From the human T2T-CHM13v2.0 reference genome, Homo sapiens: a stretch of 64,000 nucleotides of DNA. Each line of letters starts with the position of its first letter. Position 1 is the first letter of the stretch. The notes under the pieces were generated by a model that was not told where the DNA came from, ran no database searches, and saw only the letters and a list, made by a program, of their open reading frames with translations. The stretch is taken from the NCBI RefSeq assembly GCF_009914755.1, contig NC_060925.1. One strand, given 5' to 3'. The position numbers were made by a program, and so were the translations under genes. Positions 46,798 to 63,830 of the stretch are shown here, piece after piece.

Positions 46798-47387
46798 TGT
46801 TACGGACCAGATTTGTTCTGCCAGCATGCAGTGAGCCAATCACTGCAGCAACAGGTTTTGCAAAAGAGAAAATATTTTTTATTCACAAGGCTGCAGAGCA
46901 AGGAGACAGGAGAATAAATCTCAAATCCACCTCTCCAGAAATAAGGCTCGGGGGTACTTATAGGAAAGTAGGCAGCATGGTCTAAAGTATGGGGAAAGTT
47001 AACTGGCAGGTACGAAAGGTGAGGTAATCAGGGTTTCTGTGCAAGCATCATCAAGCTACATGGCTCTTCTTAAGACCCATGGTCAGAAAATAGCAGCGTT
47101 AGCATGATCTAAGGGTGGAGTTTTTGGCTCTCTGACATCAAAAGGACACTTTTTGGGTTCCTGCACAGGCCTAGTTGAAGGGTCAGTGGTCTCAACCAGC
47201 TTGAACTGGACAAGAGCTGCCCTCAGTTCCTGAAAAACAACTATAAGCACCTGTTAAGTCAATGACCCACAGCCAGAAATGTTATCTATAAAGAAGCTAG
47301 TGGGAGTTTTAAGACTAGAAGTAATCAATTACAGCAAGCAAGGCAGGTGAAGTTTGGCAGGCTCAATCTGGTTAGCCCTCCGTTTCA
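46798..47387 (-). mobile_element. ERV1 MER4-group solo LTR (LTR8/LTR26-like)
   Basis: TG...CA termini; U5-type GCCAATCACTG...GGAGACAGGAG...CTCAAATCCACCTC; ~590 bp; family uncertain. Confidence 0.6.
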
Positions 47388-47650
47388 ACACGGGGAGGAA
47401 CATATTTTCTTCAAGGGTTCCTGACACACCACTGAGTTGTTCAAGCACCAAAACTTCAATGGTGCAATAACTTCACTTTAGCTTTGTTTGTTTTGCTTTT
47501 TAATTACGCAAGTAATACATGAACATGTTTGCATATAAAAGATACACCCAATACAAAAATAGATATAATAAAAAGCAAAAGTTTCCTTCATTCATTCCCA
47601 CTAACCGAACTCCTACACCTTCTTGGAAATAACTACTGTTAATAACTATG

Positions 47651-48028
47651 ATGATAGCTTGACCTAGTCCTCACTCTATCCCCTAGCGGCTCTGAGGCAC
47701 TATCACCCTACCTTGAGGCTTTTGTTCTCCAGCCCTGCTGTCTGTTTACTCTCAGTCCTTTAATGGACAAAAACCAAGGCCCTTTCTTCCTGTAGGTTTT
47801 CTCCTAAAATTTCTTCAAGTCCAGCTGGATATGCAGCAAACACTCACCCCTGCCTTAATCAGCTTATTTGTGGGACCACGACCTGAGGAGGGGAACCCTT
47901 GGAGGAAATTACAAAGTGCTCACTTCTCTGAGACCAGGGTGGAAAGTCTGTTCATGCATCTCCAACCCTGGGCCCTGCCAGTGCATTCTCTGCCCTGCTC
48001 AAAAGGGAGAAGCAGTCAAGCCAAAAAG
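47651..48028 (+). repeat. Local duplication, copy 1 (inserted in an old L1ME relic)
   Basis: Near-colinear, roughly 90% match to 49824-50207; flanked by a 41-bp imperfect direct repeat. Confidence 0.9.
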
Positions 48029-49025
48029 CCAAACTCCTACACCTTCTCAGAAATAACAACTCTTATTAATTTGGTTTGTGGTCTTCTAAACCTTTTTTCT
48101 ATACACCATTTAGGTATATCCAGAAATATATGGAAAGGATGGTATTTATATTTAAATGAGCCTCTTCCCTATGCATTATTTTATAACTTGCTTTTTTCAC
48201 TCACTGTGTCATAGATTTCTGCACCTCTCTGTGTCTATCTTAAACAGTTGTTTTAGTATCCATGGGTTGACTGAGCCGTATTTAGTTAAGTCTGCCTCAC
48301 TTAGTATTGGCTGTTTTCCCCACGCAGTATTAGTGCCTATCTTGTCCTCACGCTACCTGCTTGGAGGCAGAAGGGGAGCTTGCCCCACTGGGCTTTCTTT
48401 GGTTGTGAGAAGCAAGCTTCTTGTCCCATGAAGGCCAAGCACAGCTGTTACTACATGCCCTTGTGCCACCACTGAAGGGCTCAGCCATTTGGTTTTTAAA
48501 ATTTCACTTCCAGGAGCTGGAAGGCAGCCAACCCTGGAGAAAAGAGAACTTGGTGCCTACTGTGAGCTCAGAAGACACACCCAGAGGGAAGTTTCTCCTG
48601 GAGGTTTAAGTTCCAAAAACATTCTGCCAGGTTATAGGCTGCCTTTCCCTGAGTTTATCTCTGTCTGGCTTTATTATCAAGTTCCTTTACAGAAACTTGG
48701 GTAAGACTTTACCAAAGCAGTGAAGTAAAAATGTATTAATAGGGAGTTGAATGTTACTCTATTCTTAGAGTCTTCCTTTCTCTCTTCCATTCCCTCAGGA
48801 GTTCTCTTAGACCAGGCTGTTATAAAAGTGAGAGGACCCCTCTCCCACCCCCTCCTACACTTGCCCCAGAGTTTCTTGCCATTTCTGAACACCTAAGAGG
48901 ACTGTATTGTTACAGAAATGGCATTGGAACCAACATGGCACTGTGAAAAGCCTTGGCTTGATGCTGAGGCTACAGACCTGTCATATTTGGATTGCAAAGT
49001 GCTGCGAATAAAAATGAATGTAGGA

Positions 49026-49342
<317 letters not shown>

Positions 49343-49823
49343 AATAAAGATGAATGTTGGTCACTGAAGAAACATCTCTACTCTCCAGTCGGCTGAGTCT
49401 CCACCACTCCCTGTTTCATTCATTTATGCTTCTAAACTAATCCTATAGGCACGAAGTGGGTGAAGTCTGACGTCTTGGCTTGGCTTTGCCACATAGAGTG
49501 TCTGGATTGTGGGACACTCATTTAACATCTTTGGGCCTCAATTTCCTAATTTGTGGAAAGTTATAGCATGAGCTAATTGTATATATCAGCTCTGGTAAAC
49601 AATAAAGACTAACCCATGAGAATGTGCAGGACAATATTAATTACACTCACAGCATGCCTCCCAACATTGTCTCTTTGCCAGAATGTATATTTGAGAACAA
49701 AAGGCTTTATCTGGCTCAATTTTGAGCTTATCTACTCCCAGATAACTTTTCTGACATATTCCCACTGCATTCTGATAAGATAAAAACACTCTGCAAACAG
49801 AAAAGTACTACAAAATATCATCA

Positions 49824-50207
49824 ATGATAGCCTCACAGTAACCTAGTCCTCACCGTATCTCCCAGTGGCTCTGAGGCACCATCACCCTACCTTGAGGCTT
49901 TTGTTTTCCAGCCCTGCTCTCTGTTTACTATCAGTCCTTTCATGGACAAAGACCAAGGCCTTTTCTTCCTATAGGTTTTCTCCTAAAATTGCTTCAAGTC
50001 CAACTGGACATGCAACAAACACTCACCCCTGCCTTATCAGCTTATTTGTGGGACCACGACCCGAGGAGGGGAACCCTTGGAGGAAATTGCAAGATTCTCA
50101 CTTCTCTGAGACCAGGGTGGAAAGTCTGTTTGTGCAGCTCCAGCCCCGGGCCCTGCCGGGGCATTCTCTGCCCAGCTCCAAAGGGACAACCAGTCTAGCC
50201 AAGAAAG
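49824..50207 (+). repeat. Local duplication, copy 2 (probable source)
   Basis: Matches 47651-48028; embedded in continuous unique sequence. Confidence 0.88.
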
Positions 50208-52129
50208 AAAGGAAATGCCAGCCTCCTAAATATGCTGTGGACAGAAACAAAGACAAGTTACCCTATGTCTTGCCATTTCCCCTGTGCACGTGGTGACAAG
50301 ATGATCCAAGTAGGATGGGCAAGAAAAACTGGAACACTCTTGGAGAGGGAGTCTGCAGCTGCAGGATGTTTTTGCCAGATGCAAACACATTGGCCAAGAA
50401 CAGTGCTTGCTCTGCAGCCAGCGCTGTCCAAGCAGCAGACCGCCCAGACGGCCAGGAAGCAGAGGCCCTGGAGCACATGGCCCACAGTCGCTGTGCACTC
50501 AGGTGTCAGGTCAAACTTCCAGGACTGGTGCAGACTGTGGTCTCCTGTGCCTACCTTCCTGGCAGAGTGAATTAGCCTTCACCTCTGGGGACTCAGCCGC
50601 TGCCCAGAATTTGATTCTCTTTCCACCAGTAACTTCAATTTAGAGAAAAATTTAGAAGCCTATTTTCATGAAGACAGATGAAGGAGTCTGTGCTGGTTCC
50701 TTTTCTGCCTCTGTTTCTGGAGGGAGACCAACTAAATGAAATTCAGCAGCAGAATCCAACCGGAACTAGTAGGAAATTGATTTGCTTTTTAAATCCTCTA
50801 GCTTCATGCAATGAATTATCTTAAGTTCAGCTTCAGATAGCAAGAGCACTATATGCTCATGGCAATTTCCCCAGCCAGGGTCTGCTTCAGTAGAGTGACA
50901 CTTTGTTATCAGAGAGGCTGTCTTGGGTGCTACAGGCAATTCCCTGTTGGTGCCTGATTGTTTTCTGTAAATCTTTTAGTTAGTGGTGTCCATGGAAACA
51001 GCATGTGATTGATGGGCCATTATTAGGTTGGACACTGTCTAACCATTAGTGGAACTAGGAGCTGACCCTGAGCCCCAGGAATGAGGGCCTCTGATTTCCA
51101 AACCCCTCTCTATCTCTACAGTTTCTGAAGTATATGGCATTATAGGATTCGGCAGGGGGCGCTTTTATGAGGCATGAGGGAGGCTTGATAGGGGCTTTGA
51201 AGGCACTGATGGCAATTGGTGAAGTAGACTTTTATCTAAAGGGGGCAGAGATGGCAGGTGATGGCTTAAAATGGCAGGAGAGATCAATGGTTCAGTCTGC
51301 CTATCTCTGTCTAGTACATGGGTAGACATGTGCACACATACACATAACAAGGAAGGAAATTGCTTACCTGCTAGTTCTCATTTTTGTAACTGGTCATAAA
51401 CCATAGTTAGTACTTACTACTTCCTTTTGTCACTACACATTGCACTTTACATCCACCCTCCGCTGGCAGGGGGGTTTATCTGATCAGTTGACTCAACCTT
51501 TATTCCTGAGAAGTCTGAATCCTCAGTGGTTCTGCCTATTTTTGGTTGCTGTCATTTTCTATTAAATTTTACTATTTATTAGATATGAAATTACTCCCAG
51601 AGAAGAAGAGAGAAAATGATCTAGGCCTAGGAAACTATCTAGTGAGATTGCTGAAGAGCACCAGGGGCCTCCATGAAGTTCATGGTCATTAACTTAAAAT
51701 GGAGCCAGTCAGTATAACTGTGGGTGGTGAGCTGGATTTAAACAGATTTGGGCCTTTGCCAGGTGAGTAGGAAGGAGGGAGAGGGGCTCAGGGAGCTGGA
51801 GGTATATCCAAAAGCATGATTATAACAATGAACCATGAGGTTCTGGCTAAATGATGAGGAAAGAACAAGCATGAAAGGGAACCAGCACATGCAAAGGTGG
51901 GAAGAGGGATGGATTCGAAGTCAAGAGAAGTGATGTGACTGGAGCCATGTTATTCCCCACTTCAGTTAGGCTTGTTTGTAACTTCAATGCTCGTAATTTG
52001 GAGACTATATAAACTTTTTAGAGTTCCTGATAACTTTCTTAGACATTTTATTTATATGACATGATTTAATTCATGAGAGCATGGGTATTGGTATCATGAA
52101 GGGCAACAGATTGTCATCATTGACTCGGG

Positions 52130-52360
52130 CATCCCAGGAGTCAACCTACTTGGGGTCTAATCATAGTTCTGCCACTTACTTGCTGGGGGAACTTCAGCAG
52201 GTTGTTCCACCTTTCTGTGCCTCAGTTTTCTCATCTGTAAAATGGGAATAATAGTCTCTGTCATAGGGAGATGGTGGGGATGAATGAGTTAATGTTCACT
52301 TAGCACTTGGAAATGTGCCTGGCACATCATAAAGTCTCATGAAGTATTAGCTATTACTGT
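52130..52360 (+). mobile_element. MIR SINE
   Basis: TCTGCCACTTACT...TGTGCCTCAGTTTTCTCATCTGTAAAATGGGAATAATAG. Confidence 0.85.
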
Positions 52361-53261
52361 TGTAATCAGTGAGTGCTTTTCTACTGTGCAATGGGACATT
52401 TTCTATTTTAATTCCATCCTGAAATAGGTGAGAGATTTTGCTTCCATTTCTTCTTTGTTTCATGTGTTTCTTACCTAAGCAAGAAAATAGTTTCTAGCCC
52501 AAACTGTGCTTATGTTTATCAAAGCAGGCTTTCAAGCACCTTTTCTTCTTTCTAACATTTTGCTCTTTGACACTCCATGTGTTCTGTAAATATTTCCTTT
52601 TCTCCCCTCAGTGTCCTTTCCACGACTTGTAGTGTCCAGGGTTTTCCTGTACTCCTTTATCTCTGAAGGAATCAGGAAACATTAGCAAAATGTCTACCTC
52701 TCTTTCCCCACATCACCCTTTTTCCTCGGCTCTCCCAGCCTCCCTGGGAAAGCAGCCCGCTTCTCCCTCCGTTTGGCTACACAGGAAGGATCAGTTGTAA
52801 AGCTCTGCTTGGAGAGGGATTCCGTTAAATAGCTACACTCTGTAGCTCTGGCCAACCCATGGAACGTGCTTCATCAATATTTATTTCATTGTCGATCTTC
52901 CATCAGCCAGCTCTTTATCACATGTATAGCTACAAAGAATGTAGTCCATCTCTATCTTGACAGGTTTGCCTCTCTCCACAGCAGAACATGAGTGTCTTTA
53001 TTTGTGGGGCATTTGAGGAACTACAAATTGTTCTGCACAGCTGGAACAAAAAGCCCCAGAGCCAGTGGTGAGAGGCAAGACTGGAGAAGGTTGGGGGAGC
53101 TAGATTCTTAGTCTGAAAATATAGTATAGGCTTCACTGCAGCATTTTCTCACAATAGTCTGGTAAATGGATTTGAGGGTGGGTAAGCCTGAGTGGAGACA
53201 GGAAGACCAATTACAAGGCTATTTCAATGACCTAATATTGCAGTGATAGAAAAGATGTCTT

Positions 53262-53800
<539 letters not shown>

Positions 53801-54349
53801 AAAAGATGTCTTCCATTTATTGAGCACCTACCTTGTACAGCATGACCTCATTTCATCCTAACATCCACTGAGAGTTTTGGGTGTCACTGTGTCCCATTTA
53901 GAGAGGGAGCACCTGGGCTCAGGGAAATTAAGAGATAGCAAAGTGTCAGAGCTGGAATTTGAACCAAAGTCTACACACACATACACGCACACACACGCAC
54001 ACACGCACATTATTTGTTTTTTTCTCACTGCATACTGCCTAATACAAGTAGCCTCCCTCATCTGGGGGAGAAGTCATGGAACCTGAGCTAAGATAATGGC
54101 TGTGGGAATTAAGAGGAGGAGGTAGAAGTGATAAGACCTGGTGACTGGATTTGAAGTAAAGGAGAAGAAGGAATCCAGGATGATTCCCAAGGTTTGGGCT
54201 TGTCTGACTGGGAAATGATGGTACAATTTACAAATATAGGCCATGACAGAAAATACAGGTGTGGTAGAGATAAGAATTTTGCATATATGAAAGAGATGAA
54301 GAGACATGTCAGTGTCTTGCACATTCAAGACACTTGCCAAGTGAAGGTG

Positions 54350-55468
54350 ATGTGATGGTGGTGGTAGTGATGGTGTTATAGGGTGATGGTGGAGGTGGTG
54401 ACTGTGTTGGTGGTGGCAGTTCAGATGGTGGTGGTAGTGACGGTGTTATAGGGTGATGATGGAGGTGGTGACTGTGTTGGTGGTGGTGGTGGCAGTTCAG
54501 ATGGTGGTGGTAGTGATGGTGTCATAGGGTGATGATGGAGGTGGTGACTGTGTTAGTGGTGGTGGTGGTGGCAGTTCAGATGGTGGTGGTAGTGATGGTG
54601 TTATACGGTGATGATGGAGGTGGTGACTGTGTTGGTGGTGACAGTTCAGATGGTGGTGGTAGTGACGGTGTCATAGGGTGATGATGGAGGTGGTGATTGT
54701 GTGTTGGTGGTGGTGGTGGTGGCAGTTCAGATGGTGGTAGTGATGGTGTTATAGGGTGATGATGGAGGTGGTGATTGTGTTGGTGGTGGTGGTGGCAGTT
54801 CAGATGGTGGTGGTAGTGATGGTGTCATAGGGTGATGATGGAGGTGGTGATTGTGTTGGTGGTGGTGGTGGCAGTTCAGATGGTGGTGGTAGTGACAGTG
54901 TTATAGGGTGATGATGGAGGTGGTGACTGTTGGTGGTGGCAGTTCGGATGGTGGTGGTAGTGACTGTGTTATAGAGTGATGATGGTGGTGGTGATTATTG
55001 GTGGTGGTGGTGGCAATTCAGATGGCGGTGGTAGTGACAGTGTTATAGGGTGATGGTGGTGACTGTATTGGTGGTGGTGGTGGCAGTTCAGATGGTGGTG
55101 GTAGTGACGGTGTTATAGGGTGATGGTGGTGACTGTATTGGTGGTGGTAGTGGCAGTTCAGATGGCAGTGGTAGTGATGGTGTTATAGGGTGATGGTGGT
55201 GACTGTGTTGGTGGTGGTGGTGGCAGTTCAGATGGCGGTGGTAGTGATGGTGTTATAGGGTCATGATGGAGGTGGTGACTATGTTGGTGGTGGTGGCAGT
55301 TCAGATGGCGGTGGTAGTGACGGTGTTATAGGGTGATGGTGGTGACTGTGTTGGTGGTGGTGGCAGTTCGGATGGTGGTGGTAGTGATGGTGTTATAGGG
55401 TGATGATGGAGGTGGTGACTGTGTTGCTGGTGGTGATAGCAGTGCAGATGGTGGTGGTAGTGATAGTG
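54350..55468. repeat. GGT-rich VNTR, ~15 copies of a ~67-81 bp unit
   Basis: Unit GGCAGTTCAGATGGTGGTGGTAGTGATGGTGTTATAGGGTGATGATGGAGGTGGTGACTGTGTT(GGT)n; 15 CAGTTCAGATGG-like anchors counted. Confidence 0.95.
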
Positions 55469-55772
55469 GTACCTGCATTGAAGCAACAGCAATAGGAGTG
55501 GCAATAAATTGTTGTTTTCACCATAGTCCTTTCCTATATTCCACATGTTCTGTTACAGAGGGAGATAGATTTGCTAGAAAAGGCAGAAATCATATCATAA
55601 CCACAATGATGGAGGTCCAAGTCTGTTATTGGCGTGCTGAAACTTAAACTACCATAGTTTACTTAGCAGTGGTTTCTGGGGAGCAACAAAGTGCAATAGA
55701 ATAATATTGGGAATGATAATGTTTGGTTCTTCTTGAGACAAACTTTTAGATACCTTAAAAAAAGATTTTACC

Positions 55773-56103
<331 letters not shown>

Positions 56104-57289
56104 TTAGTCAAGGAGCAATACAAGAGAACACAGAGTTGCATTCTCTTCCAACACAGCCACCTTCCTAAGCAATTTGTCTTCTCTCAGTGTGATGCACCCT
56201 GCACAATGAGGTTGAATAGCTACTGGATAACTGAAGGATCTAGTGGAGAAGAATGAAAGATTGTGGAAAGCAAAATGAAAACATTCTACACTTTTGAGTT
56301 GATGTGAGTTTGATATTGCAAGCCTGCTTTAGAAATATTTGCTAAGTGCACAGAGCATTGTATAATTCTGTTAACAATTAAGGAATAGACTTGGAGTGTC
56401 AATGAGTCTTAAATAACAATTGCTTTATATAATCCACATACTACTTTATATTAAACATGGCAGTAGCAGACATTAACACTCAAGGTGTTCTGCATGATTA
56501 GGTGTTGTGAATCTTAATTCTTAATCAAGTATATATAAATTGGGGTTTGTGGTGCTTATTAAACATGACAGCTAAATTAACAAAAGAAGAGGAAGAAACT
56601 AAATGAAAATGAAATTGTGAATACCATTATCATCACTATTCCACCCCCACTTTCTCCAATCCTACCTTTGAGTCAAGATTCTGAATGAAACCTTTGTGGA
56701 AAGAACCAGGCTCTATCTGATATTATAATTATTTCTCCAACGTCTGCCGAGAAACAGTCCCTCAGGCTTTGCTACAATATTTCCAATAACAGTTATATTA
56801 TTATTTAGATGCACCTATATCGACGTCTTTTAATGTCTATCTGTTGTTCCTCATGTGGTATTTTTGAGTGAAACTCGCTAAAAAGGCAGAGAGGTAGCCA
56901 AGAAGCTGGTGTTGCCTTGTGGACAGATAATCAAAAAAGTGTGATGAGCATTCTCCCTTAGAATTCCTGGGAGATTTTGTTCAATGTGTTTATTTCCCAT
57001 GGAAATGTTTCTAAGTCTGTTTGTGGTTATAATCAATCTAAATGGTCCTGGAACAACTTGGTGATCTAACTTGGAAATAAATAGATTAAAAGTGTAGATA
57101 CACATATGCACATTAATACTCTGAGGGAGGGAGACTAAAAGGAATAGAGGGACAGAGAGACCCTTTCTATCTATACCTAAGCCAGTGAACTCAAACATGG
57201 CCTCCCCATGGAGCAAAAAAATGGGTGCCTCATGCAGGAGTATGCTTTTGCTTCCACAGAGCATATTACTTCTGCCAGAAAGTGCGATG

Positions 57290-57760
57290 CCAGGATGGGG
57301 CAGGAATCCTAACTAGGCTACTTTGTGATTCATGCCTCGATTGCATATACACAGTGTTTTCCGGAGCTCTTTTTGGTGGTGATCCACCTCATCAGCCTCC
57401 TCACCCATCACTCTTCATTTCACCAACCACACCTCAACCACTTGGGGCTTTTTCCAGTCCCTGGAACACAAGCCCCTTCCTACCAGATGGCCTCCTCCCA
57501 TACCTTTCCCTCTGCTTGGAATGCTTTCAGATAACCTTCCTATTTCAAATTAGCTAACTCCTCCTTGCCCTTCAAGTCTCAGAGAGGTGACCCTGTGCCA
57601 CAAAAGCAGGTTGGGTGCCCTGCAGTATGGACTCAGCACTCACGGCAGTCAATGGTTATTCATTAAGTATAATAGTTGGGTCTGTTTTCCTTTACATACA
57701 TAAGCTCCATGAGGGTAGAGAGCCTCCCTTTCTCACTCAGTCAATATTTTTATTCAACAA
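57290..57760 (+). mobile_element. L2 fragment
   Basis: TCCCTCTGCTTGGAATGCTTTC...CATAAGCTCCATGAGGGTAG. Confidence 0.6.
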
Positions 57761-60179
57761 GTACTTCCGGTTGACTATTTATAAAAGAAACATGGCACCA
57801 TGTTCTTGCCCAGACACTCCTGAAAACTGGAAGAAGGTGGAGATAGTAACAGAACCAACACCTAGCTGATGTCATTGTCATACCAATGTTCTTCCCCTTA
57901 TGTCTGTAGTTCCTCTACTATTAATACAAGTTAATCTGGGAAGTTAATAAACATGTTTTCTTCTTAGTATAGTTACTCTGAGTGTATATTGGATTGTCGT
58001 GAGGATTAAATAAGAAAGCATACGAAATGGTTCTTGGCTCACAGTAAGTGCTTAAAAAATGTTGGTTATTTTCCTGAGCCCAGAATAGCACTTACAGCAC
58101 TTTTCTAGACCTTTCTATACCCAAGAATTCCCAGGCATGACGGGGGTTGAAAGCACTGTGTAAACATTTAGCAAACAAATCATGTACCTTTTTCTTGACA
58201 CATTCTTAGGACAGAAAAAATATTGGAAGGGACGTGGGTCAAATAGTGGCTAGGAGAGAAGATAAATCAGAGATTCTACGTCCTTAAGAATCAATTAGCT
58301 ATCTGCAAAGTATTTTATTTTGCTGTAGCAATATCAGGATAAACTTAAAATAGGCCACAGGCATGTTCTGCCTCCGATTCAAGAAGCCGGAAGCATAGAT
58401 TAGAGGATTCCCATTCCGCTCCATAGAGAGAACAATGTTCCTGACTCACACACCAGGTACCACTGCAGGAGCACAGGGCTGCCACAGCACACCTGACTGC
58501 TGAGGAAGTCACTGGATTTGGTTTACAGCTCTTCAGAAAGTATCACTACCCATGGTCACGTAGAAGGAATTTACTTTCCCCCTTTCCATGTGGAGAAAAA
58601 GAGGAACTCCATATCTTTCATCCCCTGGGACCTCTTTAGAGAAGAGATGCTCTGTTTGATAAAAGCAAAAGCTTGAGTTTTAAATCCAGATCTGCCATTG
58701 CCCTCTTGAAACTTGAGAACAAGAGCTCAGGATGGATTCAGACCCGGATCAGGTTTGTTTGGAATGGTTTTTTGGGGAGGTGTGTGTGTGTTTGTGTGTG
58801 TGTGTATTTTATCATGATTCCTTGTTTTGAAGAAGACAGAAAAGTGAGTTTGAGAAATGACTCCTGAACCATCTGCTCAAGGAAAGAGACAGAAGTCCTT
58901 TTCCAGAAGAGCCCAGTCGTGTGCAAGATCTAACCTTTCAGTATCTGTGCTTTCTTAGTCTGTAAATTGTGAGCATTCTTTCTCCCTGTAGAGGGGAAGA
59001 GATGAATGAGTTAGTGCCTAAGCCTTGGCGTGTTTCATTGCCCAGGAGGTGAGAATCAAACTGGGATGAAAAGCATCAGAAACCCCAAATGTCATCCAAG
59101 CTGTGACTGCTGCCTGTGACATAACAACTTCAGCTCTCCACGACTCCCCTCTTGCTCCTTCTGCAATTACAGACCCACTAAACAAGCACAAGAGTCTAGC
59201 TGCCCAAGCAGCTGCCGGCTTTCCACGCGAAGATTCCAAACCACAGCCGCTAAAGTCGGAACTTCTGAAAAAGCACTTGGCAGGAAACACACACAGATGG
59301 CTAACCAAGTTCATTATCCACTTGTAACGAAATAGAAGCCAAACAAACAAGGGAGAAGTAAAAGTGGGCAGGGTAGAGCATGGGAAAATTTACTGCCATC
59401 AGTATTAATCTGCCTGTCCAATCAACATTATGCAAAGTTCAGTGTCACTCTACACAGACGTTCAAGTGCTTTGGGAAAAAAACCATAAAATATGTGTATA
59501 AGATTAGATTCACTCTAAAGAGATGAAAGTTGGTGAATAAGGCAAAAAAGACAATTGCAACATTGTGGGCAAAATTTGGAACCCAGCCTTCTGATCTACC
59601 TGTAAGAAAAAGAGTGTGAGCAGTGTGTTAAGGTGCAGCTGCCTGGCTATGAAAAGGTGACTAACAAATTTTCCTTGATTGGTACCCACCCCCACCCTCT
59701 CTCAATGCTTCCCTGATGTTGCCTTGGCAATTTCATTATTATTCATAAGAAAAATTCACTGCATCTGAGCATCTGCCTTCAATCACAACTACATCTGGCC
59801 TTCAAGGCCACCCTCAGAGGCCAAGGGTCCCAGGGTGGGTGGGGAAGGGTGAGGTGGCCGAGTCCACAGGCTGTGCATGAGCAAGCGTTCTCCAAAACCC
59901 TGCCTGCTGAGTGATGGGGCCTCTGGGACAGCAAAGCATAAACCTCAGCAGCCTGAGTCTTGGCCACAGGTATGGTACCACATGGGACATCCAATGCCAC
60001 TATAGCCAGCTTCACATTTTGTCGGGGGTTGTATAGTAGCTCTTATAATGATTCAGATCTAAGCTGAAATCGTTGGCCCAGACCTCTAAGCAAGATCTTC
60101 CTGTCAGGGGCAGACTCTGCTTGCCCTACACAATAGCTGTATCCTCTTCTTTGGTGACAGAAACACCCTCCATTAGCCC

Positions 60180-62558
<2,379 letters not shown>

Positions 62559-62790
62559 TCCCGAAATTTGTTTGGGTGGCATTGTTCCCAGTCCAAGGTA
62601 GTTCACCATGATTGGTCTATGCCAATGCTGGCAATCCCATTCTTCTTTGCCAGCTATTGGTCTAGAGTGGTCATGTGGCCCAGTTCTGGGCAACAAGCCA
62701 AGGGTAAGTGTCTGCTGGGGACTTCTGGGAAGGATTTCTTCCATGATAAAAGAAAGAAAGAGCAATACAAAAGAAGCTCCTTTACCCTTC

Positions 62791-63181
62791 TGTCTTAGTC
62801 TGCTCAGGCTGCCATGAGAAAAGATCACAGGCTAGGTGGTTTAAACAACACACCTTTATGTCTTCACAATTCTGGAGGCTGGAAGACCAAGATCAGGGTG
62901 CCAGCAGGTTTGCCTTCTGGTGAGGCCTCTCTCTTTGGACTGCAGACAGCACCTCCTTGCTGTATCCTCACATGGCGTTTCCTCCATGCACACACAGAGC
63001 CAGCTCTAGTGTCTTCCTCTTTTTATAAGAACACTAGTGCTATTAGATAGGGCCCCATCTCAGTGACCTCACTTAATCTTAACCACCTTTTTAAAGGCCC
63101 TTTCTTCAAACACATTCACATTGAGGGTTAAGGCTTCAATATATGAATTGTGGGGAGGGAGAGACAATTCAGTCCATAGCA
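62791..63181 (-). mobile_element. MLT1A0-like solo LTR
   Basis: TGTCTTAGTCTGCTCAGGCTGCC...CAATTCAGTCCATAGCA; TSD CCTTC/CCTGC. Confidence 0.82.
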
Positions 63182-63419
63182 CCTGCCCCTTTACTTTCTC
63201 CTTGAAATGTTGTCATTTGAAGATACAATGTATGGAGCTATTGCAACCAACAGGGTTCCATGAGGGGGAACTTTGCTGAGACACAGAGGACGGCCAAGTG
63301 GCAGAATGAAGAACATTGGTCTTTGATAACAATAAGGATCCACCAAACCAACCCTGGAGCTACCATCCTCCATCCTTCTTGTCATTTATAAAATTGTTTA
63401 AGTCACTTTTTAATCATCT

Positions 63420-63830
63420 CCATTGGCAATATTAACACAATAATGTTATGTAACAACCAAACTCAAAATCTCAGTGTCTTACAACAACAAAAACATTCTC
63501 TAGTATGTGGGTCTGCAGGTTGGGAGGTCTCTACTGAGCCGAGCTGAGCACCTCTGCATCAGGCCACAGTCACCTGGGCAGGGCTCTAGGCTATGGTTTA
63601 GGCTTCAGGTGGTGCCACTTGCCTCCCAAATTCCTGGGACCAAGAGCTACCCACCCTGGGCTTGTTCTTATGACAAAGCAAGTCAATGGCCAAACAACCA
63701 TTTTAATGGGTTGGAAAAGTATACTCCACCTGCAGTGGGGAAGGTATTGCAAAGTTAAGTGACAAAAGGTGTGGCTGTATAATCCCATAACAGGGGAGTG
63801 AAGAATTGGCACCAGTAATTTAATCTACCA
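63420..63830 (-). mobile_element. Old MLT1 LTR
   Basis: TGTAACAACCAAACTCAAAATCTCAGTGTCTTACAACAAC...GGGGAGTGAAGAATTGG...AATCTACCA. Confidence 0.65.

Noticed and set aside
49865-50296. 143-aa ORF (and the 127-aa ORF at 47831-48214) as a duplicated gene
   Set aside because: The ORF starts with GTG, I recognise no domain, and the paralogous copy has an in-frame stop (CTT TAA vs CTT TCA), so the frame is not conserved.
54350-55546. VNTR as a CRISPR-like array or a mucin/His-Pro-rich coding exon
   Set aside because: There are no unique spacers or cas genes and the context is human. Unit lengths are not consistently multiples of 3, and no long ORF spans the repeat.
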